NCBI RefSeq assembly: GCF_018336915.1
Contig: NZ_CP064923.1
Coordinates: 2,400,001 to 2,432,000 of the forward strand
Length of the DNA stretch: 32,000 nucleotides
From: Acaryochloris marina S15
Lineage (GTDB): Bacteria > Cyanobacteriota > Cyanobacteriia > Thermosynechococcales > Thermosynechococcaceae
Reading direction: 5' to 3'
Made by a program: the position numbers and the translations under genes. Under the pieces are notes generated by a model. That model saw only the letters and a program-made list of their open reading frames with translations, was not told the origin of the DNA and did no database searches. This document shows, piece by piece, positions 1 to 10,733 of this stretch (its first letter is position 1; each line of letters opens with the position of its first letter).

Positions 1-1907
1 ATTCAGCCCTCTGTGAACTATTGGGTTACACAGAGGCCGAGATATTACAGACAAACTTCAAAAGTATGACCCATCCTGAGGATGTAGCCCTTGAACAACA
101 CTATTGTGATCAACTGCTATCTGGAGAAGTGTTGGCCTGTCGCTTTGACAAGCGGTATTACCACAAGCAAGGACATATTGTTTGGGGCAGGTTGAGTATT
201 TCTCTGGTCAGAACGCCTGAGGATAAACCCCTATATTTTATTGCTCAAATTGATAATATCTCTGACCGCAAACAGGCTGAAGCAGACTTGAATTTGGTGA
301 TTGGGCAGCTAAAACTGGCCATTGAAGATCGCTCTACAGAGCTAGATACAGCTTACTCAACCTTGAAGAAATCTGCTGCTCAGTATCAGGATCTTTATGA
401 CAATGCCCCAGACATGTATCTGTCCGTCGATGCGGATAGCACCAAGATTTTGCGTTGCAACCAAACCCTAATGAAAGAACTGGGATACAGCTATTCAGAA
501 ATAGTGGGTTGCTCTGTCATCGATCTTTATCATCCTGATTTTCGGACTGAAGCACAGAATGCCTTCCAAACCTTTTTGGAAACAGGTGAAGCTAGGAATG
601 TCTACCTAGTCGTACAGCGCAAAGATGGGACGACCATGGATGTCAGCCTCAATGCCCAGGGGTTTCGCGATCAGCAAGGCAAGGTTAGGTACAGTCGCTC
701 AAGCTGGCGAGATATTTCGACGCGCAAACGTTTGGAGAACCAACTGAAGCGAATGAATGCTGAATTGGAAGAGCGGGTTGAAAATCGAACTTTAGCACTA
801 CAAATTGCCATTCAATCCTTAAAAGAGAGTGAGTCCCGTTTGGAACTGGCATTAGAGGCCTCTGGAGATGGTTGGTGGGACTGGAACATGCTCACGGATG
901 AAACAAGCTGGAGTATACAGTTCTATCAAATGCTGGGATATGAGATGGAAGAATTGCCTTCCTCGTTTCAAACTTGGCAAAGCTGGACTCATCCTGATGA
1001 TTTACCTAGAATGATGGCTTTGCTGGAAGAGCATTTACAAGATCAGTCCATCCCCTATGTTTTTGACTATCGAACGCGAACGAAATCAGAGCAATGGAAA
1101 TGGATTTCTGTCATGGGCAAAGTCGTAGATTGCAATGATCAAGGGGAACCTCTCCGTATGGTTGGGATGCTCCATGATATTAGTGATCGCAAACAGGCAG
1201 AGCAGGAACTGCGGAGAATAAATACGGAGCTCGTTCGCTCTAACCAAGAGTTGGGTCATTTTGCCTATGTTGCCTCCCACGATTTGCAGGAACCGTTACG
1301 AAAAATAAGGAGTTTTACTGAGTTATTGGCCGAACGCTATCAGGGGCGACTAGATGAGACAGCGGATCGCTATATTCGCTACATCACCGATGGGGCTGCC
1401 CGCATGCAAGGGTTGATAGATGATCTACTCAGTTATTCTCGAGTCGGACGAGCTGAACTAAAGGTGAATCCCACTGCATTATCGTCCCTAGTGAAAGAGG
1501 TGCAATCTGATTTAGAAAAGGTTATTGAACAACGCCAGGTCGAGATGGTCATAGATTCGTTGCCAACCGTTGCTGTTGATCCGGTGCAAATGAGGCAGGT
1601 GTTCCAAAATCTGATTTCTAATGCCATCAAGTATTGCCAAGCGGATCGTCCGAGTATTCACATTCGAGCCACTCAAAATAAAGAGTTTTGGGCTATTTCA
1701 GTCCAAGATAATGGAATTGGCATTAGCCCCCAGTTTGCTGAGCGAGTATTTATCATTTTCCAGCGCTTACACCACCGGGGAGAATATTCGGGGACAGGGA
1801 TTGGATTGGCCATCTGTAAAAAAATAATTGAGCGGCATGGAGGGGAAATTTGGGTGGACTCGGAAGAAGGTAAAGGAGCGATCTTTTCTTTCACTCTGCC
1901 CCGATGA
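1..1907 (+). CDS. Multi-PAS sensor histidine kinase (5' end cut by window edge)
   Basis: The frame is open from nt 3 ([15 protein letters not shown], a PAS core motif), so the TTG at 21 is not the true start. Three PAS/PAC-like modules (..THPEDV.., ..YHPDF.., ..THPDDL..) are joined by coiled-coil linkers. They are followed by the HisKA H-box [16 protein letters not shown] and HATPase_c boxes [15 protein letters not shown] and [12 protein letters not shown]. Confidence 0.9.
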   Translation, partial: [634 protein letters not shown]

Positions 1908-2067
1908 GATTTTTTTGGATGCAATTCTCGAATAATATATTCGCCAGATAATGGCCATAATCATTCGAATTTAATTTTATATGGACAAGAAATTAAAATC
2001 CCTGCAATTTTCATGGATTTGTTTATGATGTTTAACAGTTGGGTGTATTTTGACTTTGGGGCAATGA

Positions 2068-2499
2068 ATGATTGAGATATTGTTGGTAGAAGATGATGAA
2101 GGGGATATAGAACTCACTTTGGAAGCCTTTAATCGCTCAAAAGTTGCCCTCAACGTTACTGTTGTCAGAGATGGTATGGAGGCGATGGCCTACCTTCAGC
2201 AAGAAGGGACCTATGAGGCGGCAAAAACTCCCGACTTGATGTTGCTAGACCTCAACTTACCCCGTAAAGATGGTCGAGAAGTGTTGACCGATATGCAAGA
2301 GAGTAGCCGTCTCAGGCAGATACCTGTGGTTGTGCTAACGACATCAGATGCGGATGAAGATATTTTGAAGAGCTACAAAATTGGGGCTAATGCTTATGTC
2401 ACGAAACCTGTGGGTTTAAAGGGACTAGTTAAGGTGGTTAATTTGCTAGAAGAATTTTGGTTTACGATTGTCAAGTTGCCTCCCCATGAAATGAGCTAG
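2068..2499 (+). CDS. Single-domain response regulator receiver, Rcp1/RcpA-like
   Basis: 143 aa. Receiver motifs are LLVEDDEGD, the phospho-acceptor context DLMLLDLNLPRKDG, VVVLTTS and AYVTKP. The C-terminal FWFTIVKLPP tail is typical of phytochrome-associated Rcp receivers. It lies 160 nt downstream of the kinase. Confidence 0.88.
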   Translation: MIEILLVEDDEGDIELTLEAFNRSKVALNVTVVRDGMEAMAYLQQEGTYEAAKTPDLMLLDLNLPRKDGREVLTDMQESSRLRQIPVVVLTTSDADEDILKSYKIGANAYVTKPVGLKGLVKVVNLLEEFWFTIVKLPPHEMS

Positions 2500-2532
2500 A
2501 CAACCGACGGGTCCTAGAAGAGCTAGCATTCC

Positions 2533-2937
2533 TCATTCCTTGGACTTGGCTTTTATCACCCGATCGACCACTGTCATTAGCTCTGGCAAATCGATAGGTT
2601 TTTTCAGGTATTCATCTGCGCCTACGGTTTTGGCAATTTCTAGGACTGAGAAACCTGGATCATGAGAACGTCCACTAATAGCAATCAGCCATGGCTTGCT
2701 TTCTAGGGCGAGCATGTTGATTTTGGAAATCAGCATGATCCCTCCCCTAGGACTTTCTTGATTGTTTTCTTGGATAAAAATATCAATTAAAGCAATGTCT
2801 AGATATGCTTCATAAATTTTGGACATGGCCACATTGATATTAGCGGTGTATTCAACCTGGTGCCCTTGATCACCAAGGGTTTTTTGCCAGGACTCCGCCA
2901 AGATTGTATCGTCTTCGAATATAAGAATATTAGCCAA
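2533..2937 (-). CDS. Single-domain response regulator receiver
   Basis: 134 aa. Motifs are ILIFEDD, the acceptor context IALIDIFI, LIAISG and YLKKP. The start lies 14 nt downstream of the phytochrome stop on the same strand, so co-transcription is likely. Confidence 0.82.
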   Translation of the reverse strand: MANILIFEDDTILAESWQKTLGDQGHQVEYTANINVAMSKIYEAYLDIALIDIFIQENNQESPRGGIMLISKINMLALESKPWLIAISGRSHDPGFSVLEIAKTVGADEYLKKPIDLPELMTVVDRVIKAKSKE

Positions 2938-2951
2938 TGGTATAGCTCCCT

Positions 2952-5495
2952 CTAGGCTAAGAGTTGATGGATGGTGAGGTTTAATTGCTCCCCGTCAATG
3001 GGCTTTTTGAGCATGGGCACAATGGCTAAGTCTTCTGGAAGCGTGAATTTGGAATTGTAGCCCGTCGTAAACATGAAGGGGATTCGTCGCCGGATTAGTT
3101 CTCTGGCGATGTCAAAGCTATTTTCTTCCTTGAGGTTGATGTCTAAGATACCCAAGATGTATGTTTCCTGGGCTAAAAGTTTAATGGCCTGTTTGACTCT
3201 GGGGGCTGTATCGATGTCGTTAAATCCCAAAGACTCTAGAAGATTCTCCATTTCGAGGGCCAGTAACATGTTGTCTTCAACGATCAGAACATGACCAGGG
3301 GCAAGGTCTGGTTCTTCCTCGCTCTGGAAGGCGGGCATTGGCGTAGAAGACACTTCCGGTTGGTCATCTTGGAAGAGGATCAGGTGAGCAGGCAGCCAAA
3401 AATTGACTTGAACCCCTGTTCTGGGGAAGCGCAGCGTGGCCTCTCCTTCAAACTCAAACGGGATCGCCCGCTCGATTAACGTCCGTCCAAACCCTTTACG
3501 TTTAGGTGGAAAGACGGTCGGTCCATCAGATTCCTTCCAATAAATGGCCAGTCCTCCATCCTGTTCTTTCCAACGGACATCAACTTTACCTGCAGAAACG
3601 GATAAGGCTCCATACTTGGCAGAATTAGTAATCAGTTCATGAATGACTAGGGCAAACATGGGGACAAAGTTGGCTTTTAGACCTGCTTCTGGACCCGAGA
3701 GACTGACTTGATGTTCTGATTCCCCCAGGTAAGGACGGAGTTCTGTCATTACCAAGTTTTGGAGACTGGGCCACTCCAGACCATGTCCAGCCACCAAATC
3801 ATGGGCATGGGCTAGGGCTGCAATGCGGCGATCTAAGAGCAGGGTATATTCTTCAATGGAAGTAGTGGAGTGACGGGTTTGGCGAGAGATGGATCGGATT
3901 AAGGCCAGAATATTTTTGACCCGGTGGTTGAGTTCCGCAATGAGGAGATCTTGTTGTCGCCGTTGTCTTAACCATTCTTGTTGCTGAACCTCTCCTTGAC
4001 TGATGGCTAACTGCATTAGCCCAGTGCGGAGTTCTAGGGCGACTTCTGTTTCGAGGACTGACCAAGGTTTGCATTGGCCTGCTATCTTTTCTCGATACTC
4101 TGCAAAGGAGGTGCGAGGGCGTAATCGGGGTCCATTAGCCCCTTCGACAATCTCTTTTTCTGGCGATCCTGCCCATCGGACTTCATAGATCATTTCATGG
4201 CGAAAGAAAATGACGAAGACGTCGTCGCTGGGGGCTATGCCTAGACAGAGAGCACCTGCGGTTTTACCCAATTGAGTGGTACTAAGGCGGTTGAGTTGGG
4301 ATAGGTTTTCCAGGGGGATTAGATCAGGGCAGGGATGGGTTTGAACCTGATGGACTAGTTCTCTGATGATGCCATGAGTGGGAACGTCTCCATAGGTTTG
4401 AATTTCTTGCTTGGCAATAACCGCCAGACCCTGGGCAGAGAGCATGGAACAGAGTTGTTCTCCTAAGGCTTGTACGGTTTGCGTAAACCGGCCGCTACTC
4501 GTCAATTTTTGGACGAATTGGGAGATGGCTGAAGTGGTGCGTTTACGGGTGTTGAACCGCTCTTCTTCCAGGACCAACTGGAATTTGAGGGAAAAAAGTT
4601 GGCCAAATAGATCGCAGGTGGATCGGTAATCAGGGGATAGTAATTTGACACTCTTGTGATGGAAGGCAAACAGCCCCCATAGCTGTCTCCGAACAATAAT
4701 CGCCACATTCATGGAGGACTGAACCCCCATGTTGGCTAGATACTCTAGATGAATGGGAGACACTGCCCGCACATGGGTCAAGGAAAGGTCTAAGGGATCT
4801 GCAGCTGAATCAGCGGCAATTAAGTCAGCGGTGGGAGCATCGATATTCGAGATGGCCCGGATTGGCATTCTTAAGGCCATTCCTCTTACCTGCTGAGGAA
4901 TGTCTGAAGCGGGGTATCTGAGGCCAAGATAGGGATCTAAATCATCTGTCATGGCTTCAGCGACCACTTCTCCCGCCCCATCGGGTAGAAATTGATAAGC
5001 CATAACCCGATCAAATTCCGTCACCCGCTGTAGGTCTTTGACGGCCATTTGTAGTAGGGCTGGGGTTGTCGTTTCCTCCTGCAGGCGGGCCAGTAGCATT
5101 CGGACTTGAGTAAAAGCGGATTGGCTATCGAGCTGAGCCGACGCAACGGGCTCTAGTTCAATTAAAAAATGGGCACCACAGCGGTGCAGACTGATATCTA
5201 GGGTGTGCTGATGAAGGGGATAAACGCCTGCTCGTTCCCGCTGAGACTCGATGGTGGGATGGCCTGCGATATTCCTGAGGGTATGGATCACGTCTTCGGG
5301 GAGCAGGGTATTGAGGGGTTGCCCTAAAGCATCCCCAGGGGAGACATCCACAAAGTCGCTGATATTGCTGGAAACATGGGTGATGGTCTCAATATGCTTA
5401 CCTGTGGCAATCAGAGCCCCAAAGGTTTGGATGCAACCCGGTATGTGTACGGGCTCGCGATCGCAATTGGAAATCGCTAGTTCTCTACGTTCCAT
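2952..5495 (-). CDS. bphP: Bacteriophytochrome with HWE histidine kinase and C-terminal receiver (PAS-GAF-PHY-HWE_HK-REC)
   Basis: 847 aa. The N-terminus AISNCDREPVHIPGCIQ carries the biliverdin-type Cys11. GAF motifs are YPASDIPQQ (DIP) and RAVSPIHLEYLANMGV, with Ile where Cph1-type proteins have the chromophore Cys. The PHY tongue has RWAGSP and PRTSF. The HWE kinase has AELNHRVKNILALI and VRWKE. The C-terminal REC has VLIVEDN, ILDINL and MLKKP. Confidence 0.9.
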   Translation of the reverse strand: MERRELAISNCDREPVHIPGCIQTFGALIATGKHIETITHVSSNISDFVDVSPGDALGQPLNTLLPEDVIHTLRNIAGHPTIESQRERAGVYPLHQHTLDISLHRCGAHFLIELEPVASAQLDSQSAFTQVRMLLARLQEETTTPALLQMAVKDLQRVTEFDRVMAYQFLPDGAGEVVAEAMTDDLDPYLGLRYPASDIPQQVRGMALRMPIRAISNIDAPTADLIAADSAADPLDLSLTHVRAVSPIHLEYLANMGVQSSMNVAIIVRRQLWGLFAFHHKSVKLLSPDYRSTCDLFGQLFSLKFQLVLEEERFNTRKRTTSAISQFVQKLTSSGRFTQTVQALGEQLCSMLSAQGLAVIAKQEIQTYGDVPTHGIIRELVHQVQTHPCPDLIPLENLSQLNRLSTTQLGKTAGALCLGIAPSDDVFVIFFRHEMIYEVRWAGSPEKEIVEGANGPRLRPRTSFAEYREKIAGQCKPWSVLETEVALELRTGLMQLAISQGEVQQQEWLRQRRQQDLLIAELNHRVKNILALIRSISRQTRHSTTSIEEYTLLLDRRIAALAHAHDLVAGHGLEWPSLQNLVMTELRPYLGESEHQVSLSGPEAGLKANFVPMFALVIHELITNSAKYGALSVSAGKVDVRWKEQDGGLAIYWKESDGPTVFPPKRKGFGRTLIERAIPFEFEGEATLRFPRTGVQVNFWLPAHLILFQDDQPEVSSTPMPAFQSEEEPDLAPGHVLIVEDNMLLALEMENLLESLGFNDIDTAPRVKQAIKLLAQETYILGILDINLKEENSFDIARELIRRRIPFMFTTGYNSKFTLPEDLAIVPMLKKPIDGEQLNLTIHQLLA

Positions 5496-5723
5496 ACCTA
5501 ACCCATATTCACCATTGCGACCTAAAAAGATAAACCATTCCAGAAAACTAAGTCACTATTATCTTGTCAGAGAGAAAATTGTTCACCAGCCTCCCATTGA
5601 GTTACTGATAATGGAATTAAACGGTTGGCAACCTACCGCCATCATAAAGGATTATGTGATGAAGAAAATTTAGGGTTGTGGATTGTCTAGAACAAGAAAC
5701 TTACTTTTAATCAGAACCCATAT

Positions 5724-5849
5724 TAGACCTCTTGCATAATTCAGCTACCGATATGGTAGAGGACTAAAAAATCATGTCAGATCGCGGCATAAATTGAGTG
5801 AGTAACACATCATGAAATGAATATTGCAAGAGGTCTATTGTTTTTTCTC
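5724..5849 (+). other. 13-bp inverted repeat enclosing 88 nt, followed by a T-run (candidate structured RNA or terminator)
   Basis: tagacctcttgca (5724-5736) pairs with tgcaagaggtcta (5825-5837) and is followed by ttgttttttctc (5838-5849). It lies in the 712-bp AT-rich intergenic region between the divergent bphP and CheB-CheR genes. Confidence 0.25.
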
Positions 5850-6207
5850 ACTAAACTGATGGGAATTAAACTTCTTCTTCCCTAGAGAAGTGAAAATAAT
5901 ATTATTTTTTCTGCAGGGATTATTTTGTGATAAATGAAGTTGCCAAATCAATGTAGGGCTGGGGTTTAACTTTGAACGACGAGGAAATATATAGTGAGAA
6001 AAACTAGTTTTGACTAGAGAATATTTCGTTTAAAGGTTGAGGTTTAAGGAAATCTTCAGTTCCCTGTCAAATTAGTCAGTGTTGAATTAGAATGTCCAAC
6101 AGTTTAAGACTATAACATCAGTGATTTGTATCTATTTGTAGATAATAATTTCTAGATATATCCCTTCACTTCTGTGTTGAATTTTTGGCCCATCGGAATA
6201 GATTTTT

Positions 6208-9200
6208 TTGACAATGGATTCTCATAATAATCAAACCTTTGATATGAATTCCAATGAAATGCAAACTGCCGATACTTCGTTCTACGTTGTGGCGGTGGGT
6301 GCCTCCGCAGGTGGTCTTAAACCCCTAGAAGTATTCTTTGAAAATATACATCCTGAGTCAGGAGTGGCTTTTGTTGTCATTCAGCACTTGTCCCCTGACT
6401 TCAAAAGCTTAATGAATGAAATTTTGGGTCGTCGCACTAAACTGGCGATTCATATTGCGGAAGAAGGCATGGAACTTCAGTCCAATGCCATCTATTTGAT
6501 TCCAGCCGGTCAAAATATGATTGTTCGGGACCATTGTCTTTACCTCTATCCCCAAAAAAGAGATCACAAACCGAACTTTCCCATTAATTTATTTTTTCAA
6601 TCTTTGGCCGAAGAAATTGAAGAACGTGCCATCGGCATTGTTCTATCGGGCACGGGCAGTGATGGCACCCATGGACTCCAAAATATCCATGAAGGCGGGG
6701 GAATTACCCTAGTTCAAGACCCAGAAACGGCTGAATTTGACGGTATGCCCCATACGGCGATTAGTACTGGATGTATTGACTACATCGCGCCCCCCAAAGT
6801 GCTGGCCGAAATGATCAACGATTTGGGAAATCCGTCTCTTGTTCCCGCTGATTTAATTAAATTTAACGGTTTAGGGGCAGAAACCCATCAACTCCAAAAG
6901 ATAGTCGATTTGCTGGCTAAGCATGAAGGTATTGATTTTTCTCAATATAAGCTGTCAACCTTGGGCCGTCGAGTTGAGCGCCGCCGGCTATTGACCCAGC
7001 ACAACTCCTTACACGACTATGCCACCCTCTTAACTGATTCCGCCGATGAACGATCCCTGTTGCGTCGAGATTTACTGATTAATGTCACGCAATTTTTTCG
7101 GGATGGAGTGGTTTGGCAATATTTGAGAAATGAGATTCTGCGCCCCTTAATCAAAGACTTCCCCAAGAATGAAACCCTTAGGGTTTGGGTAACCGCCTGT
7201 GCCACGGGCGAAGAAGCCTATTCCATGGCGATTACAATTCGAGAATTGTGCGAGGAATTGGGGCGACAGATACCCACTAAGCTCTTTGCGACGGACCTCG
7301 ATCAGACTGCCCTGGATAAAGCCGCCCTGGGCGTATTTGACGAATCCATTGCAGATTACGTGGGGGAAGACCGGCTAAGAAAATATTTCACCTATGACAA
7401 CGGTCACTTCACGATTAAACGAATGTTGCGAGAGATGTTGATATTCTCGCCCCATGATTTGACTAAAAATGCCAGCCTGACCCGAATGAATGTGGTGACC
7501 TGTCGCAATGTGCTGATCTATATGCAGCCCATATTGCAGCAGTATGTATTGCGAAACTTACATTTTTCCCTCAATAAGGGCGGGATTCTCCTGTTGGGAA
7601 ATTCAGAAGATCTTGGTGAAGTCGAGCCTGAATTTGAGGTTCTCCATGCTAAAAATAAAATCTTTTCTAAAGTCAGAGAGCAACGACTGAATCTAAATTA
7701 TTTTCGCAATAAAACGATTGCGACCCCGGTGATGGCGGGGCGAGAGACTCGCCACCGTCGCCAAAGTGATCCGTTGCTAGAACAAGCCTTTAAAGCACAT
7801 CTGGAAGAGCTGAAAATCACTTGCCTGTTGTTGGATACCGACGAAAAACTGCTGCGGGTCTGTGCCGATCACTTAGATATTTTGCGCATCCCGGAAGGAC
7901 CAGCCACTGAGAGTGTCCGATCTTTGCTGCCGGATGTGATGCATTTGCCTTTTATATCGGCATTGAATCGGGTTTTGCGGGAAAAGCAGCCGGTCCAATT
8001 TAGTGGTCTCCTATGGGAGAAGAAGGGTGAACCGTTTGAATTAAAGTTTAAGGTCAGCCCTTGTCAACTCAATCCTCGGCAACAGCTGTTCTTAAAGCTG
8101 GAGATTTCTACGACGTCTCGAAAGTCCGTCTCTGTCCCCCAGCAAGAGTTGGAAAGCAGTACGGAAGTGATCAACCGAATTGAGCAGTTGGAGCTGGAAC
8201 TGTCCTATTCCCGTGAAAATCTGCAGGCTACGATTGAAGAACTTGAAAGTACAAATGAAGAACAGCAAGCCACTAACGAGGAACTGATTGCCTCCAACGA
8301 AGAGTTGCAAAGTACGAACGAAGAACTCCATGCGGTGAATGAAGAACTGTACACCGTCAATAACGAGCATCAATCCAAAATTAATGAACTCACGGCCCTG
8401 AGCAACGATATCGATAATCTGTTTCGGAGTACCGAAATTGGCGTGGTTTTTTTAGATCAAAGCTTGCAAGTTCGCAAATTTACCCCGGCAGCCAATCAAA
8501 TTTTTCAATTCCTGCCGAGCGATGTGGGGCGTCCCCTCAAGAACCTAGCCAGCAACGTTAATTACCCCTCTTTACTGGAGGTCTTGTCGGAAACGGCCCG
8601 GACAGGCAAAGTCACCGAGCAAGAAATTCATACGGATGAGAAACATTTGCTGATCCGCATCCATCCGTACCTCAATAATAGTGATGAGCAGCAAGGAGTG
8701 GTGATGTCGATTATCGATATCACGGCCACCCGTACGGCGCAGATTGAACTTCAATCTCAACGGATTAAAGCCAAACTGGCCCAAGATACCCTATCGGTTT
8801 TTCAAGAGCGCTATCAGCAGCTTTACCATGAAACCCCTGTGATGATGTACTCCATTGATGCACGAGGGGTAGTGGTAGAAGTGAGTAAATTTTGGCTTTC
8901 CAAATTAGGATATCCCCGTAAACAGATTTTGGGCGAGACGGTGGATGTTTTTCTCAATCCGGAGTCTCAAGAGCGGTTTCAAAAGCTCTGGCCGAGGTTT
9001 CTGGAATCTGGTTTGAGCATTGATGTACCGATGCGGATACTGACTAAATCGGGAGCAACGATTGATGTGTTGCAATCGATGATTGCGGAACGCGATGATC
9101 TAGGAGAGATTTCTCGGTGTTTAGTGGTTTCGGTAGATATTAGCCAACGTAAAAAGGCGGAAGCCGCAAGGCTAGAGAGTGAACAACGGTTTCGATCGAT

Positions 9201-10719
9201 GGCGGACCATGCCCCTGTACTGATCTGGGTGACGGATGCCCAAGGCCATTGCACCTATTTAAATGAAGAGTGGTTGAATTTTACAGGGGGCTCTCTAGAA
9301 CAAGCCCTAGAACAAGGTTGGGAAAGCGGGATTCACCCCGAGGATTTAGAGCATAATGTGACGGCTTATCGGCAGGCAGTGACAGAACGACAACCCTTTC
9401 GGTCTGAGTATCGTCGGTGCGATCGCACCGGTACCTTTAGTTGGTTACTCGATACAGCCAAGCCTCGATTCCTACCTACAGGAGAATTTGCGGGCATGAT
9501 TGGCTCCTGTTTTGATATCACCCTGCAGAAAAAAGCAGAGGAAGCTTTAGAATTGTCCAACTTCAATCTGGAAGTCGATTTAGCTGAGAAAGATGCCTCT
9601 CTCCATTCGATCGAAGGCAGTTTAGAAGAGAGTGAGACCCGATTTTACTCCCTAGCAGACAATGCCCCGGTTCTGATCTGGCTCAGTGATGAGCAAGGAA
9701 ACTGTACCTATGTCAACCAAACCTGGCAAACTTTGACCGGTCAACCTTTGGGTACTCAGCTAGGATCAGGATGGCTGAATACTATTCATCCTGAGGACCG
9801 AGCCCGAGTACAATCTATATTTCAAGACAGCAGTGTCCAGCAACAACCTTTCGAACTGGAGTTTCAGCAAGCAAAGGCAGATGGAGTCTATCGTTGGATA
9901 TTGGCAACGGGGATACCCAGACTAGCTGCAGGTCAATTTTCAGGACTGATTTGTTCCTGCATGGACATTTCTGACATCAAACATTCTCAAAAAAGATTAG
10001 AACAAGCGATTCAAGAACTACAACGATCGAATCAAGAGCTAGAGCAGTTTGCTTATATCGCATCCCATGATCTACGGGAACCTCTGCGTAAAATCCAAAG
10101 TTTTGCTGAATTGTTACAAGACGATTTGGCACCCCAGTTAGACGAGAATCAAAGCCGCTACTTTGGGTACATCATGTCAGGGGCAAAGCGCATGCAACAG
10201 CTTATTCAGGATGTGTTGCAATACTCTCGGGTTGGACGAAGTGACAAAGCGCTAGAGTCTGTAGATTTGAACCATGTGCTTGAAATAGTGCAGTCTGATT
10301 TAAGCCTAGCCATTGAAGAACATCAGGTGGTTATTGAGTATGACGCATTGCCCATGATTTATGCGCACATCGTAGAGGTGACTCAAGTTATAGAAAATCT
10401 AATCAGTAATGCGATTAAATTTCGCTCTGAAATTCTGCCTCGAATTCAGATCACAGCAGAGGAGCAATCTGAGTATTGGGCAATCTCTATCACAGATAAC
10501 GGTATTGGGATTTCTGAGGAATCCTTAGATCGTATTTTTGTGATGTTCCAGCGATTACATCATTCCAACAAGTATCCTGGGACGGGAATTGGTTTAGCAT
10601 TGTGTCGCAAAGTGATCGAAAGTTATGGCGGAACCATTTCTTGCACGTCTACCCTAGGTGGAGGATCAACCTTTCTGATCAAACTTCCTCTACAGCCCAT
10701 GGTGCCGATATTACAGTAG
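6208..10719 (+). CDS. CheB methylesterase / CheR methyltransferase / multi-PAS / histidine kinase fusion protein
   Basis: 1503 aa. The ORF opens with TTG at 6208, but the ATG at 6214 is the more likely start. The CheB-like N-terminus has [14 protein letters not shown] and [10 protein letters not shown]. The CheR SAM-binding region has [24 protein letters not shown] heptad coiled coil follows, then at least three PAS/PAC modules (e.g. IHPEDL, IHPEDR). The protein ends with the HisKA box [16 protein letters not shown] and HATPase_c boxes [15 protein letters not shown] and [12 protein letters not shown]. Confidence 0.9.
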   Translation: MTMDSHNNQTFDMNSNEMQTADTSFYVVAVGASAGGLKPLEVFFENIHPESGVAFVVIQHLSPDFKSLMNEILGRRTKLAIHIAEEGMELQSNAIYLIPAGQNMIVRDHCLYLYPQKRDHKPNFPINLFFQSLAEEIEERAIGIVLSGTGSDGTHGLQNIHEGGGITLVQDPETAEFDGMPHTAISTGCIDYIAPPKVLAEMINDLGNPSLVPADLIKFNGLGAETHQLQKIVDLLAKHEGIDFSQYKLSTLGRRVERRRLLTQHNSLHDYATLLTDSADERSLLRRDLLINVTQFFRDGVVWQYLRNEILRPLIKDFPKNETLRVWVTACATGEEAYSMAITIRELCEELGRQIPTKLFATDLDQTALDKAALGVFDESIADYVGEDRLRKYFTYDNGHFTIKRMLREMLIFSPHDLTKNASLTRMNVVTCRNVLIYMQPILQQYVLRNLHFSLNKGGILLLGNSEDLGEVEPEFEVLHAKNKIFSKVREQRLNLNYFRNKTIATPVMAGRETRHRRQSDPLLEQAFKAHLEELKITCLLLDTDEKLLRVCADHLDILRIPEGPATESVRSLLPDVMHLPFISALNRVLREKQPVQFSGLLWEKKGEPFELKFKVSPCQLNPRQQLFLKLEISTTSRKSVSVPQQELESSTEVINRIEQLELELSYSRENLQATIEELESTNEEQQATNEELIASNEELQSTNEELHAVNEELYTVNNEHQSKINELTALSNDIDNLFRSTEIGVVFLDQSLQVRKFTPAANQIFQFLPSDVGRPLKNLASNVNYPSLLEVLSETARTGKVTEQEIHTDEKHLLIRIHPYLNNSDEQQGVVMSIIDITATRTAQIELQSQRIKAKLAQDTLSVFQERYQQLYHETPVMMYSIDARGVVVEVSKFWLSKLGYPRKQILGETVDVFLNPESQERFQKLWPRFLESGLSIDVPMRILTKSGATIDVLQSMIAERDDLGEISRCLVVSVDISQRKKAEAARLESEQRFRSMADHAPVLIWVTDAQGHCTYLNEEWLNFTGGSLEQALEQGWESGIHPEDLEHNVTAYRQAVTERQPFRSEYRRCDRTGTFSWLLDTAKPRFLPTGEFAGMIGSCFDITLQKKAEEALELSNFNLEVDLAEKDASLHSIEGSLEESETRFYSLADNAPVLIWLSDEQGNCTYVNQTWQTLTGQPLGTQLGSGWLNTIHPEDRARVQSIFQDSSVQQQPFELEFQQAKADGVYRWILATGIPRLAAGQFSGLICSCMDISDIKHSQKRLEQAIQELQRSNQELEQFAYIASHDLREPLRKIQSFAELLQDDLAPQLDENQSRYFGYIMSGAKRMQQLIQDVLQYSRVGRSDKALESVDLNHVLEIVQSDLSLAIEEHQVVIEYDALPMIYAHIVEVTQVIENLISNAIKFRSEILPRIQITAEEQSEYWAISITDNGIGISEESLDRIFVMFQRLHHSNKYPGTGIGLALCRKVIESYGGTISCTSTLGGGSTFLIKLPLQPMVPILQ
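8251..8376 (+). repeat. Six tandem 21-nt (heptad) units encoding (S/T/V)NEEL-x-x, inside the CheB-CheR CDS
   Basis: The translated units are [35 protein letters not shown] and VNNEHQS. This is coding coiled-coil periodicity, not an independent element. Confidence 0.85.
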
Positions 10720-10733
10720 TCTCTGAAGTAACA

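Noticed and set aside
5251-5673. 140-aa + strand ORF
   Set aside because: It is mostly antisense to the N-terminal PAS region of the bacteriophytochrome. The remainder is AT-rich intergenic sequence.
10602-10733. Upstream extension of the PAS/coiled-coil ORF
   Set aside because: It overlaps the last 118 nt of the CheB-CheR kinase in another frame. The ATG at 10734 just after the upstream stop is the sensible start.
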